Shown here one piece after another: positions 15,331 through 32,184 of a DNA stretch of 64,000 bases. Position 1 is the first letter of the stretch, and each line of letters starts with the position of its first letter. Source of the stretch: the human T2T-CHM13v2.0 reference genome, Homo sapiens; the NCBI GenBank assembly GCA_009914755.4, contig CP068257.2, forward strand, positions 44,864,001 to 44,928,000. Direction: 5' to 3'. Below the pieces are notes generated by a model, which was given only the letters and a program-made list of their open reading frames with translations, was not told the DNA's origin and ran no database searches. Both the position numbers and the translations under genes were made by a program.

Positions 15331-15900
15331 TGATTTGATTATGATGCACGTGGGCTGGTTTTGTTTCTTGTGCTTGGGGTTTGTTGAGTATTTTTGGATC
15401 TGTTGATATACCCTATCAGGTTGATATTATCTATATTTTTAGTTCTAGGTTGTTTTTAATCTATACTTATTTTCCTTTTTTTCTAAGACAGCAATAATGT
15501 TTAAAGTAGGGGAATCACAGTAACTTCCAAATCCATCACAAGGGTCTCAGTTTGTTTCTTGCTCTCTTTTCGTGAGTGCCTTTTTCCATGAGTGTTTTCA
15601 GTTAAGTCCTTGTGTGGAAATGCTTTTCGAACCTTGTATGTCTGATAATATTTTTATTAAATATTCATATTTAAATGATAATTTGGCTGGATATAAAATT
15701 CTAGGTTTAACACTTTTGTCTTCAAAACTATTGCTTTTTTGTGCCTGGTGTTACTACTGAGTATTGTCAGTCTGTTTCTTGATCTTTCAAGGTGATTTAC
15801 CTTTTTCTCTGGAAGCTTTTAGAATTGTTCTGTGTCTTTGATATCCATGAATTTCCTTTATCATATGTCTAGGTGTGAATTCTTCACCTTTCCTGAGTAG
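15330..15900 (-). mobile_element. old L1 ORF2 fragment (antisense)
   Basis: ..aatttggctggatataaaattctaggtttaacacttttgtcttcaaaactattgc.. resembles L1 antisense strand. Confidence 0.45.
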
Positions 15901-17271
15901 GAAAAGGTTTAACCTGGCCCTACAAGCCATTTAAATGTGAGATTTTTAAATGTTTTCAGACATTTGTTGGGGAAAATTGAAGCGTCTACAAAACTGGCCA
16001 TCATTGTATTATAGCTCCCCTGGACCCATAGTCGAGCTCCAGAAATTCTTGGCCATCCATGCCCTGCCTTGGATTAATCTATACTCTACCTGCTTCCTCC
16101 CTTCCCATATGGTTTCATAGCAAATCTCGGATATGTTATTTCATTTAGATGTCATAATATTCTCGATCTCTGTCATTTTGATGTCGTAATAGTCTTGGTT
16201 TCTGTATCTGAAAAGATTGTATTTCTAAAAGATAATGCCATTTTCACAAAGTAATTAACAATAAATACTTCCTTAATAGCAAATATTCAGCCAATGTTCA
16301 TATGGCTTTTGCTCGTATGGCTTCTAAGGAACAAGTTTATTTGGACCCAGGATTCAAATAAGAGCTACACATTGCAGTTGGTTGGTAAGTGTTTTCAGCC
16401 TCTATGAACCTTAGTTTGTAGGAGAAGCTGAGCTGTGTTTGTCTGATGGTTCCTCTTGGTGTCTCTGACATGCTTTTTAGGTCACTAGGTTTGATGAAAG
16501 TCAGGTTACAACGTTCAGCTGTTTACAAGACTGTCATGGGTGGCCCTGTGTTCCTCCACCAAGAGGCCTGTTGGGCCTGACTCTTGGCTGTTCACTGTGG
16601 TGCTTGAAAACCAGTGATTTTTCTCAGTTCTTAGATTGATTTCCTTTGGGCTGCAAAATGGTGAAATTTAGATTCTGACATTCCTTCTTCACTCAAAGGC
16701 CAGAATATTTCCGTAAAGAGAAACTTCTGTTATTTACAACTTGGTACAGGAAAGAAAGTCAAGATGAATATTTAATTCTTTCCATTTATTTACTAGTTTT
16801 CAGAACAATAGGTTGAGTCACTGGCCTCCTCCAATGGCAACCAATTGATTGCGTTTCCTCTTTTCCTTTTTCTTCTTTTCTTCTGTCAGTATCATATTTG
16901 ATGTTTCAGTCCATTTTAGTATTTATTCTTACCGATATTCAGATTGTCCCATTCTTCGCCATTGGGAATCTCTTCAAATTGGCTCGAGTTGTTTGACCAT
17001 TTCCTGGTTGGCTGTTAGGATAAGAAGTTCTAGGTTCATCCTGGGCATTTCTCCCCTGCTCCAGAATCTGCCATTTCTAAGGGTTTTTTTTAAGTGAGGA
17101 TGGTGTTTCAAGACCACAGTCTGGGCACTAGGATGCTGATTGCTATTGGGCTGATTGTTGTTTGTAGACATTTTCACTGTACAGAGGTAAGACAGACTTT
17201 TAAAAGACAGGATACCACATTTGTTTGTAGTGACATAATCTATTCAGATTCAGAACTGCAGGGTCTGTACT

Positions 17272-17386
17272 TCATCTCTCTCTCTCCCTCCCTCCCTTCC
17301 CTCCATCCCTCCCTCTTTCTCTTTCGCTTTTTCTCTTCTCTTCTCTTCTCTTCTCTTCTCTTCTCTTCTCTTCTCTTCTCTTCTCT

Positions 17387-17453
<67 letters not shown>
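17272..17453. repeat. long polypyrimidine (CT)n/(TCTCT)n/(CCCT)n microsatellite (Alu poly-A derived, mirror-repeat/H-DNA type)
   Basis: tctctctctccctccctccc...tctcttctcttctcttctc...(tc)x45. Confidence 0.95.
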
Positions 17454-17740
<287 letters not shown>

Positions 17741-17805
17741 CTCTCTCTCTCTTTCTTTTCTTCCTTCCTTCCCTTTCTTTCCTTCTTTTTCTCTTTTTCT
17801 TTCTT
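17741..17805. repeat. CT-rich simple repeat
   Basis: ctctctctctctttcttttcttccttccttccctttctttccttctttttctctttttctttc. Confidence 0.85.
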
Positions 17806-17950
17806 GGGTTCTCACTCTGTCACCCAGGCTGGAGGCAGTGGTACAGGCATAGCTTACTGCACCTTGGAACTCCTGGGCTCAAGTGATCCTCCAGCTTCAG
17901 CTTCCTGAGTAGCTGGGACCACAGGCGCATGCCACTGCACCTGCCTAATT
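17806..17950 (-). mobile_element. Alu fragment (half element)
   Basis: gggttctcactctgtcacccaggctggaggcagtggtacagg...cctgagtagctgggaccacaggcgcatgccactgcacctgcctaatt. Confidence 0.8.
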
Positions 17951-17965
17951 AAACAAAAAAAATTG

Positions 17966-18372
<407 letters not shown>

Positions 18373-18640
18373 CTACCTCTTTCATCTACATTTGTATCTC
18401 CTCTCCCTCATGAGTGTCCAAGCTCTAGCTATGGTAGAATCAGACTATTAAGTGCTTTTCATTTGCCATATCCCACAGGACTCACGAAGAATCTATATGA
18501 CAATGCCTTCACTGCTATCAACAATATGAGAGAGTTTAAAAGTTTTTGTTCAGTTATTTTTGTCCTTATTAGATATTTCTGGAAGTAGAGGTTGACCAGT
18601 CTAACTTCAGTGTTTTAAAGTCAGCTGCAATAGTTTAAAC

Positions 18641-18862
18641 CAGGGGTGTCCAATCTTTTGGCTACCTTGGGCCACGTTGGAAGAAGAATAATTATCCTGG
18701 GCCACACATAAAATACACTAACACTAACGATAGCTGATAAGCTAAAAAAAATTGCAAAAAAATCTCATAATGTTTTAAGAAATTTTACGAATTTGTATTA
18801 GGCTGCATTCAAAGCCCTCCTGAGCCATATGAGGCCCATGGGCCACGGGTTGAACAAGCGTG
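18641..18862 (+). mobile_element. MER5A-like hAT-Charlie DNA transposon with perfect 8-bp TSD GTTTAAAC
   Basis: caggggtgtccaatcttttggctaccttgggccacgttggaagaagaat...ttgaacaagcgtg; GTTTAAAC at 18633-18640 and 18863-18870. Confidence 0.7.
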
Positions 18863-19157
18863 GTTTAAACCAACAACTAGATACACATTTAGGCTCATTT
18901 GTTTCACTTTATTTTCAATTTTGGGGATTTCTCTTTTATTCAGTTTTGATTTATAACTAAGGAAATATTTACAAGATTCCAAAGTTAGATCTACAAACAA
19001 AGAAATATTTAAAGAAATCTAGGACCAACATGTGAGGATAGACAGAGAGAGCTTCTATTCCTTTTACCCCCACTGAAAACAAAAAAAACATGAAACTTAA
19101 TTTGTTACTTTATAAACAGTCTTGTAAAAAGTATTTTTACTGCTGTCCTTCCTGTGT

Positions 19158-19277
19158 AGATGTCCACACTGAAGCCGTGCAAGCAGCTTTGGCCAAATAC
19201 AAAGAGAGGAAGATGCCTATGCCTTCGAAGAGACGTTCTGTCCTTGTGCATTCGTCTGTGGAAACCTACACCCCTCC
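19158..19277 (+). CDS. DIP2A: DIP2A coding exon (probable exon 4) encoding VHTEAVQAALAKYKERKMPMPSKRRSVLVHSSVETYTPP
   Basis: ccttcctgtgtAG acceptor 19156-19157, GTATTG donor 19278; 120 nt, phase 1-1; paralog-like to DIP2B/DIP2C (DxHTEAVQAALAK). Confidence 0.85.
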
Positions 19278-20752
19278 AGGTATTGATAAACAATGTCAAG
19301 TGTGGCTTTTTTTGAGTGTTTCACAGGCCTGATGTTATCCTATTTACTTCCCATTGAGTTGGAATATCCGTCTGGCCTGTAGTATAGATTGGACGCATTT
19401 GGAGATTAAAAATGTTTGCATATGCTCATATTCCTTACCTGAAAATCTATGGTGTACATAGTATTCTTACCCAAATGGGTACTTGCTTTCTATAAGACTT
19501 TTTGTGTGGATCTTAATTTCTTTTACTAAGATGCTATTTATGTCTTTTAGTAAAGAGAAGAACCTAAAGCACTAAGAGGAGCCTAAAATAAGCACTAAGC
19601 TAAAGCTTCCTGAATTAGGAATTTTACAGTTATTGTCATCTTATTACCTATAACTTAACAGGTTGTAACCAGGACTTATATGCAACAGTATAAGACTATT
19701 TGGAAAGTTTTGCGGTTGATTTTGTTGTTGTTTTATTGTTGGTACCATTAGAAATGAAAACTTTTATATGAGGTTTCTCTCTAGCAATAATGTATTTTAG
19801 TCTTCCTGTTAAACTGCACAAGATGTCGATAGTGTCTAATGACTTCACATTCATGAACTTGCATTGTTGTCATATATTTAAAGTATCAAAAATAGTGACA
19901 CCCATTTTTGGTTTGAGGTATCTGGAGATACTACACAATAAAACCAAACACACCAGATTCGTAAGATGATTTAGTGGTTTTGGTAACACTTTCTTGCTTA
20001 AAAGAAGTTTATTGTTGAAAAAAATCTTAGAAATGGCTGTCAAATTATTGTTTTTGCTAAATATAGCTATAGACACTATCCAATTTTAAAATAATGTTTT
20101 AATAATTGTAAAACCCATAATGAAACACACAGTCATGCTGACTTGAAGAAACCTTAATGTACAGTTAATTTTGTTGTCTGAAGCAATTTTCTCGGAGAAG
20201 GAATTGTTTTTAGGGCTAGTTCACATGACTCCCCTGAAAGGATGCATGTAGACAGGGCTGCGGTTCTCCCATGGCCACCATGTTGTTGCTGGGGCCATGC
20301 ACAGGCCAGGATGCCTTCTCACTGCCTCCAAGATGTAGGGCCGGGCACAGGCTCTCCCCTGGGTGATGCTGACTGATGTGTGGATATGGTGTCCGACTCT
20401 GTGGACATGCAGTGCAGCACTGAATATTCACAGAACACCCCCACTGAGGTATATGCTGAAGCCGTTTAGGAGATCAGAGGCTGTCTTCACTGAGTGTGTC
20501 TGGTACCCTGTGGCTGAGTTCTCTCTGGGGAGCTGGGGGCTCATGGAATCATTTTCCCCACAGTAGGGCTTCTTGCATGCCCTTCTAGATTGAGGGTGAC
20601 CTTTGAGCTGACTGCGTGGCTTTGGGCAGAGCTGTGCCAGGTGTACAGAAGCATGCTGCACACAGGTCTGGGAGGCTCCAGTGTGAGTGGGAACTCCGTC
20701 CTCCTCTTGACTCATCCCGATATCATGCCTGTCATCGTTATTTTAACCACAG

Positions 20753-21004
20753 ACACGTCGTCTGCCTCAGAAGATGAGGGCTCTTTACGGCGACCCGGGC
20801 GACTCACCTCCACTCCGCTCCAGAGCCATTCCAGCGTCGAGCCCTGGCTCGACCGGGTCATTCAGGGCTCGTCCACCTCATCCTCTGCATCCTCCACCTC
20901 ATCTCACCCGGGAGGGAGACCCACCACTGCTCCCAGTGCTGCAGCCACGCCGGGGGCCGCCGCTACCACTGCACTCGCAGGCCTCGAGGCCCACACCCAC
21001 ATAG
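20753..21004 (+). CDS. DIP2A: DIP2A coding exon (probable exon 5); Ser/Thr/Ala/Pro-rich low-complexity linker TSSASEDEGSLRRPGRL...AGLEAHTHI
   Basis: ttttaaccacAG acceptor 20751-20752, GTCAGT donor 21005; 252 nt, phase 1-1; six-frame ORF 20590..21012 reads through this exon in the same frame. Confidence 0.9.
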   Translation, partial: TRRLPQKMRALYGDPGDSPPLRSRAIPASSPGSTGSFRARPPHPLHPPPHLTREGDPPLLPVLQPRRGPPLPLHSQASRPTPT

Positions 21005-23585
21005 GTCAGTAATAAGCTGCTGCGGCCCCTGTGCCAGCAGAGCGGGGTCAGGAGTGTCCAGGACAGAGGAGCAGATGGAGGGCACCTGAGCCAGGCGCCA
21101 CCCTGCAGACTTAGCTGCAGGCCTGAGTGCTCTCCAAGTGACTGAGGTCACACAACCCAGATAACCCATACTGGCTTATCTGCCTGAGACATTAAATTGA
21201 TTTTGAGCTTTTAATAATTGCACTTGAAAGAAATGGGCTAATATTTGGTTAATTCATCATTCAGATTAAATCCCTAATAACCTTTTGAACAATACAGCTC
21301 AGTTGCAAATTTTTTCCCCCATCAAGACCTACGTATTTTTCATCTGGGAAATGTCCTTTTGGTAACAAAAGTAGTTGTTGATACTTCTTTAATTTGGCAG
21401 TCCTAGTCCTTTGGGGCATGGGGCATTTCTCATAGTCCCCCAGAAGGGTGTGGTGTTTCTCAGTGTCATAACACCTTCCTGCTCTTGAGGGGAAGCTGGT
21501 GCATGCAGTAGGTGCAGGGGTAGATGGTCAGCACACATCCATACCTGCTGGTGGCTGTGATCATCACCCTTGACCTGGCCGCCTCTCTGTTGTCTGTGCC
21601 TTTCCTCTTGGCTATGTGTTCACAGCTGCAGGCCCATTGGTTGTCTCTGTACCTGGCTGGAATTCTGAGGTTGGGGTAGAGGGCTTTCGCTCCTCCAGAT
21701 ACCAGGTTAGACAGCCTTTGGCCTGAAAAGGTGTCAGTCAGAGCTAATCATATGATGCATGGATCTTTCCCAAATCATGGAATCCTTTAAATTACATTCA
21801 TCTTAGAGATGAAAAAAGTGTAAACCTTTCATCCTTTGAAATTCTATTTTTTAACTAAAACAGCAGCATAGTTAGCTGTATGTAGCTGGCATGTGAAACC
21901 CACATACACTCTTGCACAAGTACCTTAAAATACAATCAGTATTGTTGAAGACTCATCTTAATCCCCTCCTTTTTTTCCCAGATGAGGAAGGAAGAAAAAA
22001 AAGTCCAGCGATTGTAACTTGCTTGAGATCAGACAGCAGCCTTAAGTGGTGAAGCCAGGGCTGATACCAGTTTTCTTGATTCCTATTCATTTTCTTTGCT
22101 TTTTGTTGCTTTTCTGCCAAAACTGAAAGGTGACACCTGTGACACGCTGGTGTTTGTGCTGGGGTCCCCATGGGTGCCGAGCTCTTTTTTGTAAGACCTC
22201 GGTCATTTGGCTGGACTGGGGGCAAGTTGGGTATGTTGGGTGGCCCACAGCTTCTGTCTCATCATCCTCTGTAGTGTGCATCACTGTTGCTCTTCATGTT
22301 TTTGTTTGTTTGAGTCAGCACATCTCTTGTGTTTCCATTGAACATGTGTCCTTCTTCTGAGGCGTCCGTCTCAGATGAAAGCTCACAGTGCCCTGCTCTG
22401 TCTCCACACTGCTTCCAGCTCATAAAGGAACTGCCAAGACTACAAGGGTAGCAGCAGGCAGCATTTTCCACAGAGAAAGTTTCTCTTAGGAAAACAGCCT
22501 GCTCAGATTGTTTCTGTAGCTTTCCTGGGTGTTCCATGGCCAGAGGCTGCTGCCCACCTTTCCTCAAGGTGGTGTACAGTCCATATCTTGAAAACAGCTT
22601 TTGCACTGTTGTTTGCCTTCTCTGTTCATCGTTGGTGATTTAACTTTGTAGAAATACATAGTTAACTCCAATTCTGAGGCAGGGGCAGGAAAACAGTAGT
22701 TTTAAATGTTCTGTTACCTCATTTCTTCTCCCAGAAGCTCCTTTCTAGGTGAGATGGTGCAGGAGAGCAAACAAAACATTTGTAGTTTGAGTTTATTAGC
22801 CATTGCTGAGTCATCTCAACACTGTTTCCGGGTGGGTTAGAAATAAAAGCTTATTCAGCATGAAAAATTAGCCACAGTTCAGAATGTTTAACCGTACAGC
22901 CCTCAACTTTCCAGTGATTGTGGGGTGTCTTTAAGCAAAGCATTGAACTCTAATGTGTGTTTGAATTAGATGTTTTCATTCTCTGAAAAGGACTTGGCTG
23001 CAATTATTTATAATGTAGGTTTATTACCTATGTTGGTGGAAGACAGCTCCTGACTCCTGCAGATGCAGCTGTAATCATCTCTTCCTTTCTTGTTAGTCCT
23101 AGCATCAACATTTTGTGATCAATTCTAATACATTTAAAAAAAATTCTTAACTTGGACTTGATTTAATACTTTGCTTACAGGATTGCAATTTTCTACAGAT
23201 TGTAGCTACCCACATCCTAAATGTTGGACATAGTTAATTTGAATTTCTAAATCTCAAAAATACTCAACTTCCCTCTTATGACAGAAATCATCCTTTGTTT
23301 TAGTTTCTAACACTAGATGTGTCTTCAATTTAAACTAAGGAAAGAAACATGAAAAGAGGAAGAATATATTAAGTAAAAAATTCGAGGTAGAACATATCAG
23401 GTAAAGATAATTTTTAAAAATATATCACTTTCAGTTTTGGATTAAGGAAATCAAATACATTAAGCCTTTTTTATACAAATGTAAATACCTATTTTTAAAA
23501 GCAGTACTTTTAATTATAGTAGCTTCTTTTAATTATAGTAGCTTATTTTTATTTTGAATGTAGTTTATGTTTATTTTTATGCAGC

Positions 23586-23893
23586 TTTTTTTTTTATTTT
23601 TCCACCTAGAGACAGGGTCTTGCTCTGTCACCCACGCTGGAGTACAGTGGCATGATCATAGGTCACTGCAGCCTTGAACTCCTGGGCTTAAGAAATTCTC
23701 CCACCTTAGCCTCCTGAGCAGCTGGGACTATAGGCAAATGCCAGCATGCCTAGCTAATTTTTAAAAATTTTTTGGAAAGATGGAGTTTTTACTGTGTTGC
23801 CCAGACTGGTCTTGAACTCCTGGGCTCAAGTGATCCTCATGCCTTGGCCTTTCAAAATGTTAGGATTATAGGAATGAGCCACTGCTCCCAGCC
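23586..23893 (-). mobile_element. Alu (older subfamily)
   Basis: poly-T, agacagggtcttgctctgtcacccacgctggagtacagtggcatg...ggaatgagccactgctcccagcc. Confidence 0.9.
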
Positions 23894-24305
23894 ATTATAT
23901 AGCTGTTTTAAAAAACTACTTGTAGTACATGTATGTATACCATGTATACCTTTTTTTCCATATATACTTTTAAAATCATTTATTCTTTTTGCTAGATTTG
24001 GAAGAGTGGGGAAATTTCTTTTTAAACTAAAAGAACCTCCTGATAGACATACTTTAAAATGCTAATTTGATCAGCATCAGGCTTTTTCAAGGGTTGTGAA
24101 AAATCTTAACGGTTTAGATTTTTTCAAAAGGTATATTCTGCTATGCAGACAGTGAGTTTGTGCTTTCATATACTTCAGCTTTCTACAAACCTAGTAAAAA
24201 GTTACTGCTTTACATTGTACCTAGGAGTACCACAGTGATACTAACAGGTACCTTCATTAAAATATTAAACATTACCAGTTGTCTCTACCTAACATAGACT
24301 AGTGT

Positions 24306-25067
<762 letters not shown>

Positions 25068-25209
25068 TGAACAGATAGATGGACTGTACCATGGAAATAA
25101 AACACAAAAATGTACATTCAGACAATGGAAGGAGTGACTTTTACATATGTTCCAGATCTAATGTCTGTTTTTAAATGTTACACCAATTCTACTTTAAGAA
25201 CTTGATTGT

Positions 25210-25547
<338 letters not shown>

Positions 25548-25731
25548 TTAACTGGCAGTGGGGGAAGTTTTAATTTCTGTAGTTTTATTCTTTTAGGACT
25601 GCAAAGGTTTGGTGTCCAACATACTTTTTTGGGGGTTGTAGTAGTTTGTATGATCCTGGCTGTTTTTTTCATAATGTAACAAAAAAATGTACCAGTGACA
25701 ATTGATTTCAAATTTGTTTCTGCTTCCTTGA

Positions 25732-26241
<510 letters not shown>

Positions 26242-26536
26242 TGACAGGCAGGTTTACTCTGTGCCTGCCTCTGTGCTGAAGATGGTGGTTCTGAGTCTGG
26301 ATCCCTTTGAGAATTGAGCCACCCACATGCACGCAGATGTCTGCATAACGTGTCTGGGAGTTCATAGGGTCCCAGTATGCCTTTGGTCAGCCAAGAAAAC
26401 AAATTAATGAAAATACCACACTCTCCCCACTTAGAACTCAGCTAGTGGAGCTTTAGACTAACGGGGTTTCAAGAGCAGCTTAATACTCATTTGACTTAAC
26501 AGCCACTTTCATTTTGGGTGTGTTTTTCAAAAGCAG

Positions 26537-26665
26537 ATCTGCATTCTGCCCCTCCTGATGTCACCACGGGCCTCGTGGAGCATTCGTACTTTGAGCGTCC
26601 ACAGGTGGCTTCTGTGAGAAGTGTTCCTCGGGGGTGCAGCGGGAGCATGCTGGAAACAGCAGATG
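26537..26665 (+). CDS. DIP2A: DIP2A coding exon (probable exon 6) encoding LHSAPPDVTTGLVEHSYFERPQVASVRSVPRGCSGSMLETAD
   Basis: tttttcaaaagcAG acceptor 26535-26536, GTGAGC donor 26666; 129 nt phase 1-1; frame confirmed by six-frame ORF 26518..26754. Confidence 0.9.
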
Positions 26666-27502
26666 GTGAGCCTGCCTCTCTTTCTCCTCGTGAAATAGCA
26701 GAACACAGGTTTTGTCTTTGGGTATTGAACACAGCTTTAATGTATTCACTGTAGCAAACCCAAGCCAAACGTCAGTTTTAATCCATGCAGATAAATAGAA
26801 ACCAGTGTGTGCAGTTAATGTTATAGAAAGCATCATGTGGAGAAATAATTGGAAATATCAATGGAATTGGTCAGAGGGGAAACGAGGAGAGTGGGGAGGG
26901 AAAAGACTTCCAAATTTAGATAGGATGCAAAGGGCGTTTCGATCTGCAATATAGTAGGGAAATGAGAAGCTGTGGGAAGTTTCTTTATTTAGATTCAATG
27001 TGGCAGACAGAATGACTTAGTCAGTGCGAGTGCACACACCCACCTATGACAGAACAGCCCCCTACACTCTCCATCCTCAGCAGACTGTGAAATCGGTGCA
27101 ACAGCAATCATGGTTTCCCATGTGCAGGCTCAGAGATGTCAGTGTAACTTTCATAATGTCCTCATTTACACCATTTCTTTTTGAAACAGTCTTCAATGTC
27201 TTTTATCAAAATCATGTCAATTTTTTTCCCAAAATAATAATTTAAATAAAAATTAAGAGGAGCTCAGAGCTAGGGCCTATCATATATGTTGGTACTCCCA
27301 AACAGAGTGTCAGATTTTGTTGAGGGCTTTCATCTCCTTGTCCAGAGGCAGAAGAAAAATACTGAATCAACATGAAGCAGTCTGTACATTGGCTAGACAT
27401 GTATTTAATTCAATTTATTACTCTTTATATTTAAAAAAATTAAGAGCTTAATTAAAGGGTAATTGACATAATGAATTGCACATATTTAAAGTGTACAGTT
27501 TC

Positions 27503-27790
<288 letters not shown>

Positions 27791-28301
27791 TTTTAAGACA
27801 TTTGTACAGCTGTGGAAAGCATCACTACAATCAAGATAGTGACCATATCCAGCACGCCCAAAAGTGTCCTTGTGTTCCTTGGTCCTCCTCTCTTCGGATC
27901 CTTCTGGCTTTCCCCATACACTTCAGGCAGCCACCGATTTACTTTCTGTCACTATAGATTAGATTGCATTTTCTAGAATTTTATATAAAAGGAATCATAC
28001 AGCGTTTACGTTTATGGTCTGCCTTCTACCACTCTCCATAATTATTTTGAGATTCATTCATGTTCTGTATCAATAGTTTACTCCTTCTCATTGAGTAATA
28101 TTTCATTAAATGGATGCACCACAATTTGGCTGTTCACCTGTTGATGTGTATTTAGGTTGTTTCTAGTTTGGGCCGGTTACAAGTAAAGCTGCTATGAATA
28201 ATCAATCTTGTATACGTTTTTGCATAGATGGGTACTTTCATTTCTTTTGGGTCAATACCTAGAAGTAGAATGGCTGAATTATATTGTAGGTGTATTTCAC
28301 C

Positions 28302-28592
28302 TTTTTTTTTGGAGACTGAGTCTCACTCTGTTGCCCAGGCTAGAGTGCAGTGGCATGATCTTGGCTCACTGAAACCTCGCCATCCTGGGTTCAAGCGATT
28401 CTCCTGCCTCACCCTCCCAAGTAGCTGGGATTACAGGCATGTGCCACCACGCCCAGTTAATTTTTGCATTTTCAGTAGAGATGGGATTTCACCATGTTGT
28501 CCAGGCTGGTCTCAAACTCCTGGCCTCAAGTGATCCACCTGCCTTGGCCACCTAAAGTACTGGGATTATAGGTGTGAGCCACCATACCCAGC
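28302..28592 (-). mobile_element. Alu nested in L1
   Basis: cttttttttttggagactgagtctcactctgttgcccaggctagagtgcagtggcatg...ggtgtgagccaccatacccagcc. Confidence 0.95.
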
Positions 28593-28846
28593 CTATTTTA
28601 ACTTTTTAAGAAACTGCCACGCTGTTTTCCAAAGTGATTGTACCATTTTACATTCTCATTATTAGTAGTGAGAGTATCAGTTCCTCCACACCCTTTCCAA
28701 CAGTTGGTATTATGTTTAAAAAATTTCAGCCATCCCAATAGGCATGTAGAGATATCTCATTACAGTTTCAATTTGCATTTCCCTAACGGCTGATGGTGTG
28801 TTGAACATCTTTTTATGCACCTATTTGCCATCTGTGTATCTCTTGA

Positions 28847-29249
<403 letters not shown>

Positions 29250-29831
29250 AAATTGTGCTTGTTTTCTTATTGAGTTTTGAGGGCTGTTTATATATTCTAG
29301 ATACAAGTCATCCCATATGAGGTTTATCATTTGTATTTTCTCCCAGTCTGGCTTGCTTTAACAATGCCTTTCAAAGAACAGATGGTTTACATTTTTATGA
29401 CATTCAGTTTACCAAATTTTTTTATATATTGTGCTTTTGTGTCATATCTAAGAAATTTTTGTCTAACCCAAGGTCACAAATGTTTTCTCCTATATTTTCT
29501 TCCAGAATTTTATAGTTTTAGTTTTTACATTTAGGTAGATAGTTCATTTTGAGTTAATTTTAGCCTAAGTATCAGGTATGAATCAAAGTTTACATTTTTG
29601 TATGTGGGTATTCAGTTGTTCTAGCATCATTTATAATAAAGACCATTCTTTTCCCACCAAGTTTCCTTGGCATCTTTAATGAAAATCAGTAGACCATGTT
29701 GGAGAGGGAAGGGTCTATTTCTGGGCTCTGGGCTCTGTGTGTTGTTCCGTTTCCTTATTTATCTGTCCTTACACCTCGTATAGCCATGACCACTGTGATT
29801 TTCTTAAAATTCTTGAAATTATACAGTTTGA

Positions 29832-30213
<382 letters not shown>

Positions 30214-30219
30214 CCCCAT

Positions 30220-30517
30220 TTTTTTTTTTTTTAAATAGTGACTCTGTTGCCCAGGCTGGAGTTCACTGACATGATCATGGCTCACTGTAGCCTGAAACTT
30301 CTGGACTCAAGCAATCCTTCCTTCTCAGCCTCCCAAGGAGCAGGGACTGCAGGCACAAGCCACCACATCCAGATAATTTTTTATTTTTTAAATTTTTTGT
30401 AGAGACAGGGTCTTGCTGTGTTGACCAGGCTAGTCTTAAACTTCTGGCCTCAAGCGATCCTCTCCTGCCTTAGCTAACCAAAGTGCTGGGATTACAGCTG
30501 TGAGCCACTGCTCCTGG
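30220..30517 (-). mobile_element. Alu (older, diverged)
   Basis: tttttttttttttaaatagtgactctgttgcccaggctggagttcactgacatg...gctgtgagccactgctcctggc. Confidence 0.9.
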
Positions 30518-30528
30518 CTGGCCAATGA

Positions 30529-30815
<287 letters not shown>

Positions 30816-30856
30816 CCATGACTTCTTAACATTACCATGGAATAGTCGTGACCTCA

Positions 30857-31221
<365 letters not shown>

Positions 31222-31434
31222 ACCTGCTAGCTTAGAACAAGTCCTGTTTCCTGGAAGGCATTCAGTAAGTGTTTTCTAAATGAATTGATTCCAAAATGAC
31301 TGTCCAGTGGGGCCCACACTTGGATGGATTTGTAAGCTCTGATGCATCGTGTGGTTTGTCCTTGGACCTTACACCTGTGTCCACTTCTTCAGATGTGTCC
31401 TGGCCTCAGTGCTCCTCTGTCCTTCCCGTGACAG

Positions 31435-31554
31435 GTGTCCCTGTGAACAGCAGAGTGTCCTCCAAAATCCAGCAGCTTCTGAACACCCTGAAGAGGCCAA
31501 AGCGCCCTCCACTGAAGGAGTTCTTTGTGGATGATTTTGAGGAATTGTTGGAAG
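31435..31554 (+). CDS. DIP2A: DIP2A coding exon (probable exon 7) encoding VPVNSRVSSKIQQLLNTLKRPKRPPLKEFFVDDFEELLE
   Basis: ccttcccgtgacAG acceptor 31433-31434, GTAAGA donor 31555; 120 nt phase 1-1; frame confirmed by ORF 31296..31715. Confidence 0.9.
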
Positions 31555-32184
31555 GTAAGAGTTGTCCAACTTTGAGCTTTTCTGTTTGTATGAAAAGGGT
31601 GGCCACGAAGTTGAGAAACACAGGCAAATGTATATTATACATGGATATTGCTATATATATTCTGTTTCCAGACTCAGTGGTCACTGGGTGTAATGGTGAA
31701 TTTAGAATCACATGACTGCTTCCTTTATTTGAGCAGGTAGAAAATTTGCTGCTCATATTCAAGTGACTTGGCATTTCATAAAAATTCTTCTACGGTTTTA
31801 TTTAACTTACATTATTTAAATGTTTAATTTAAACTTTAACTCTGAAATACTTACCTTCTTGTGGTTTTAAAGTATTTAATTTTCAGCATAGATTTGGCTG
31901 CTTTTCAGAATTTTAGCCTCTCATATGTGAATGAAATACGTATTTAGGAAGAATACACACATATTTTTTAAAAGAGAAAACTAGCAAGCAGAAACCAGAA
32001 ATGAAGCCAGTACAAACATGTGAGTGTGTCGTTAGGGCCACAGGGGCCCCATGCTGGTCCTACTCGCAGACCTTGGCTGTTTGTACAGTGACACTGCTGA
32101 CAGCCGACCAGCCCAGAGTCTCCTCCACACCCGAGGATTAGACATAGCTTTCAGGAGATTATTTCCCCGTTGTAATCAGATAGT

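Noticed and set aside
17272-17453. Regularly spaced short repeats that superficially resemble an array
   Set aside because: Pure dinucleotide and pentanucleotide polypyrimidine microsatellite with no spacer-repeat architecture. CRISPR is in any case irrelevant in a human intron.
18633-18870. GTTTAAAC (PmeI) sites flanking an element, suggesting a vector junction or cloning artefact
   Set aside because: The octamers are exactly the 8-bp TSD expected for a hAT transposon, and the flanking sequence is continuous intron.
20774-21004. 76-aa alternative-frame ORF overlapping exon 5 (PGDSPPLRSRAIPASSPGS...)
   Set aside because: An overlapping frame in GC-rich coding DNA. The DIP2 frame is fixed by the flanking splice phases.
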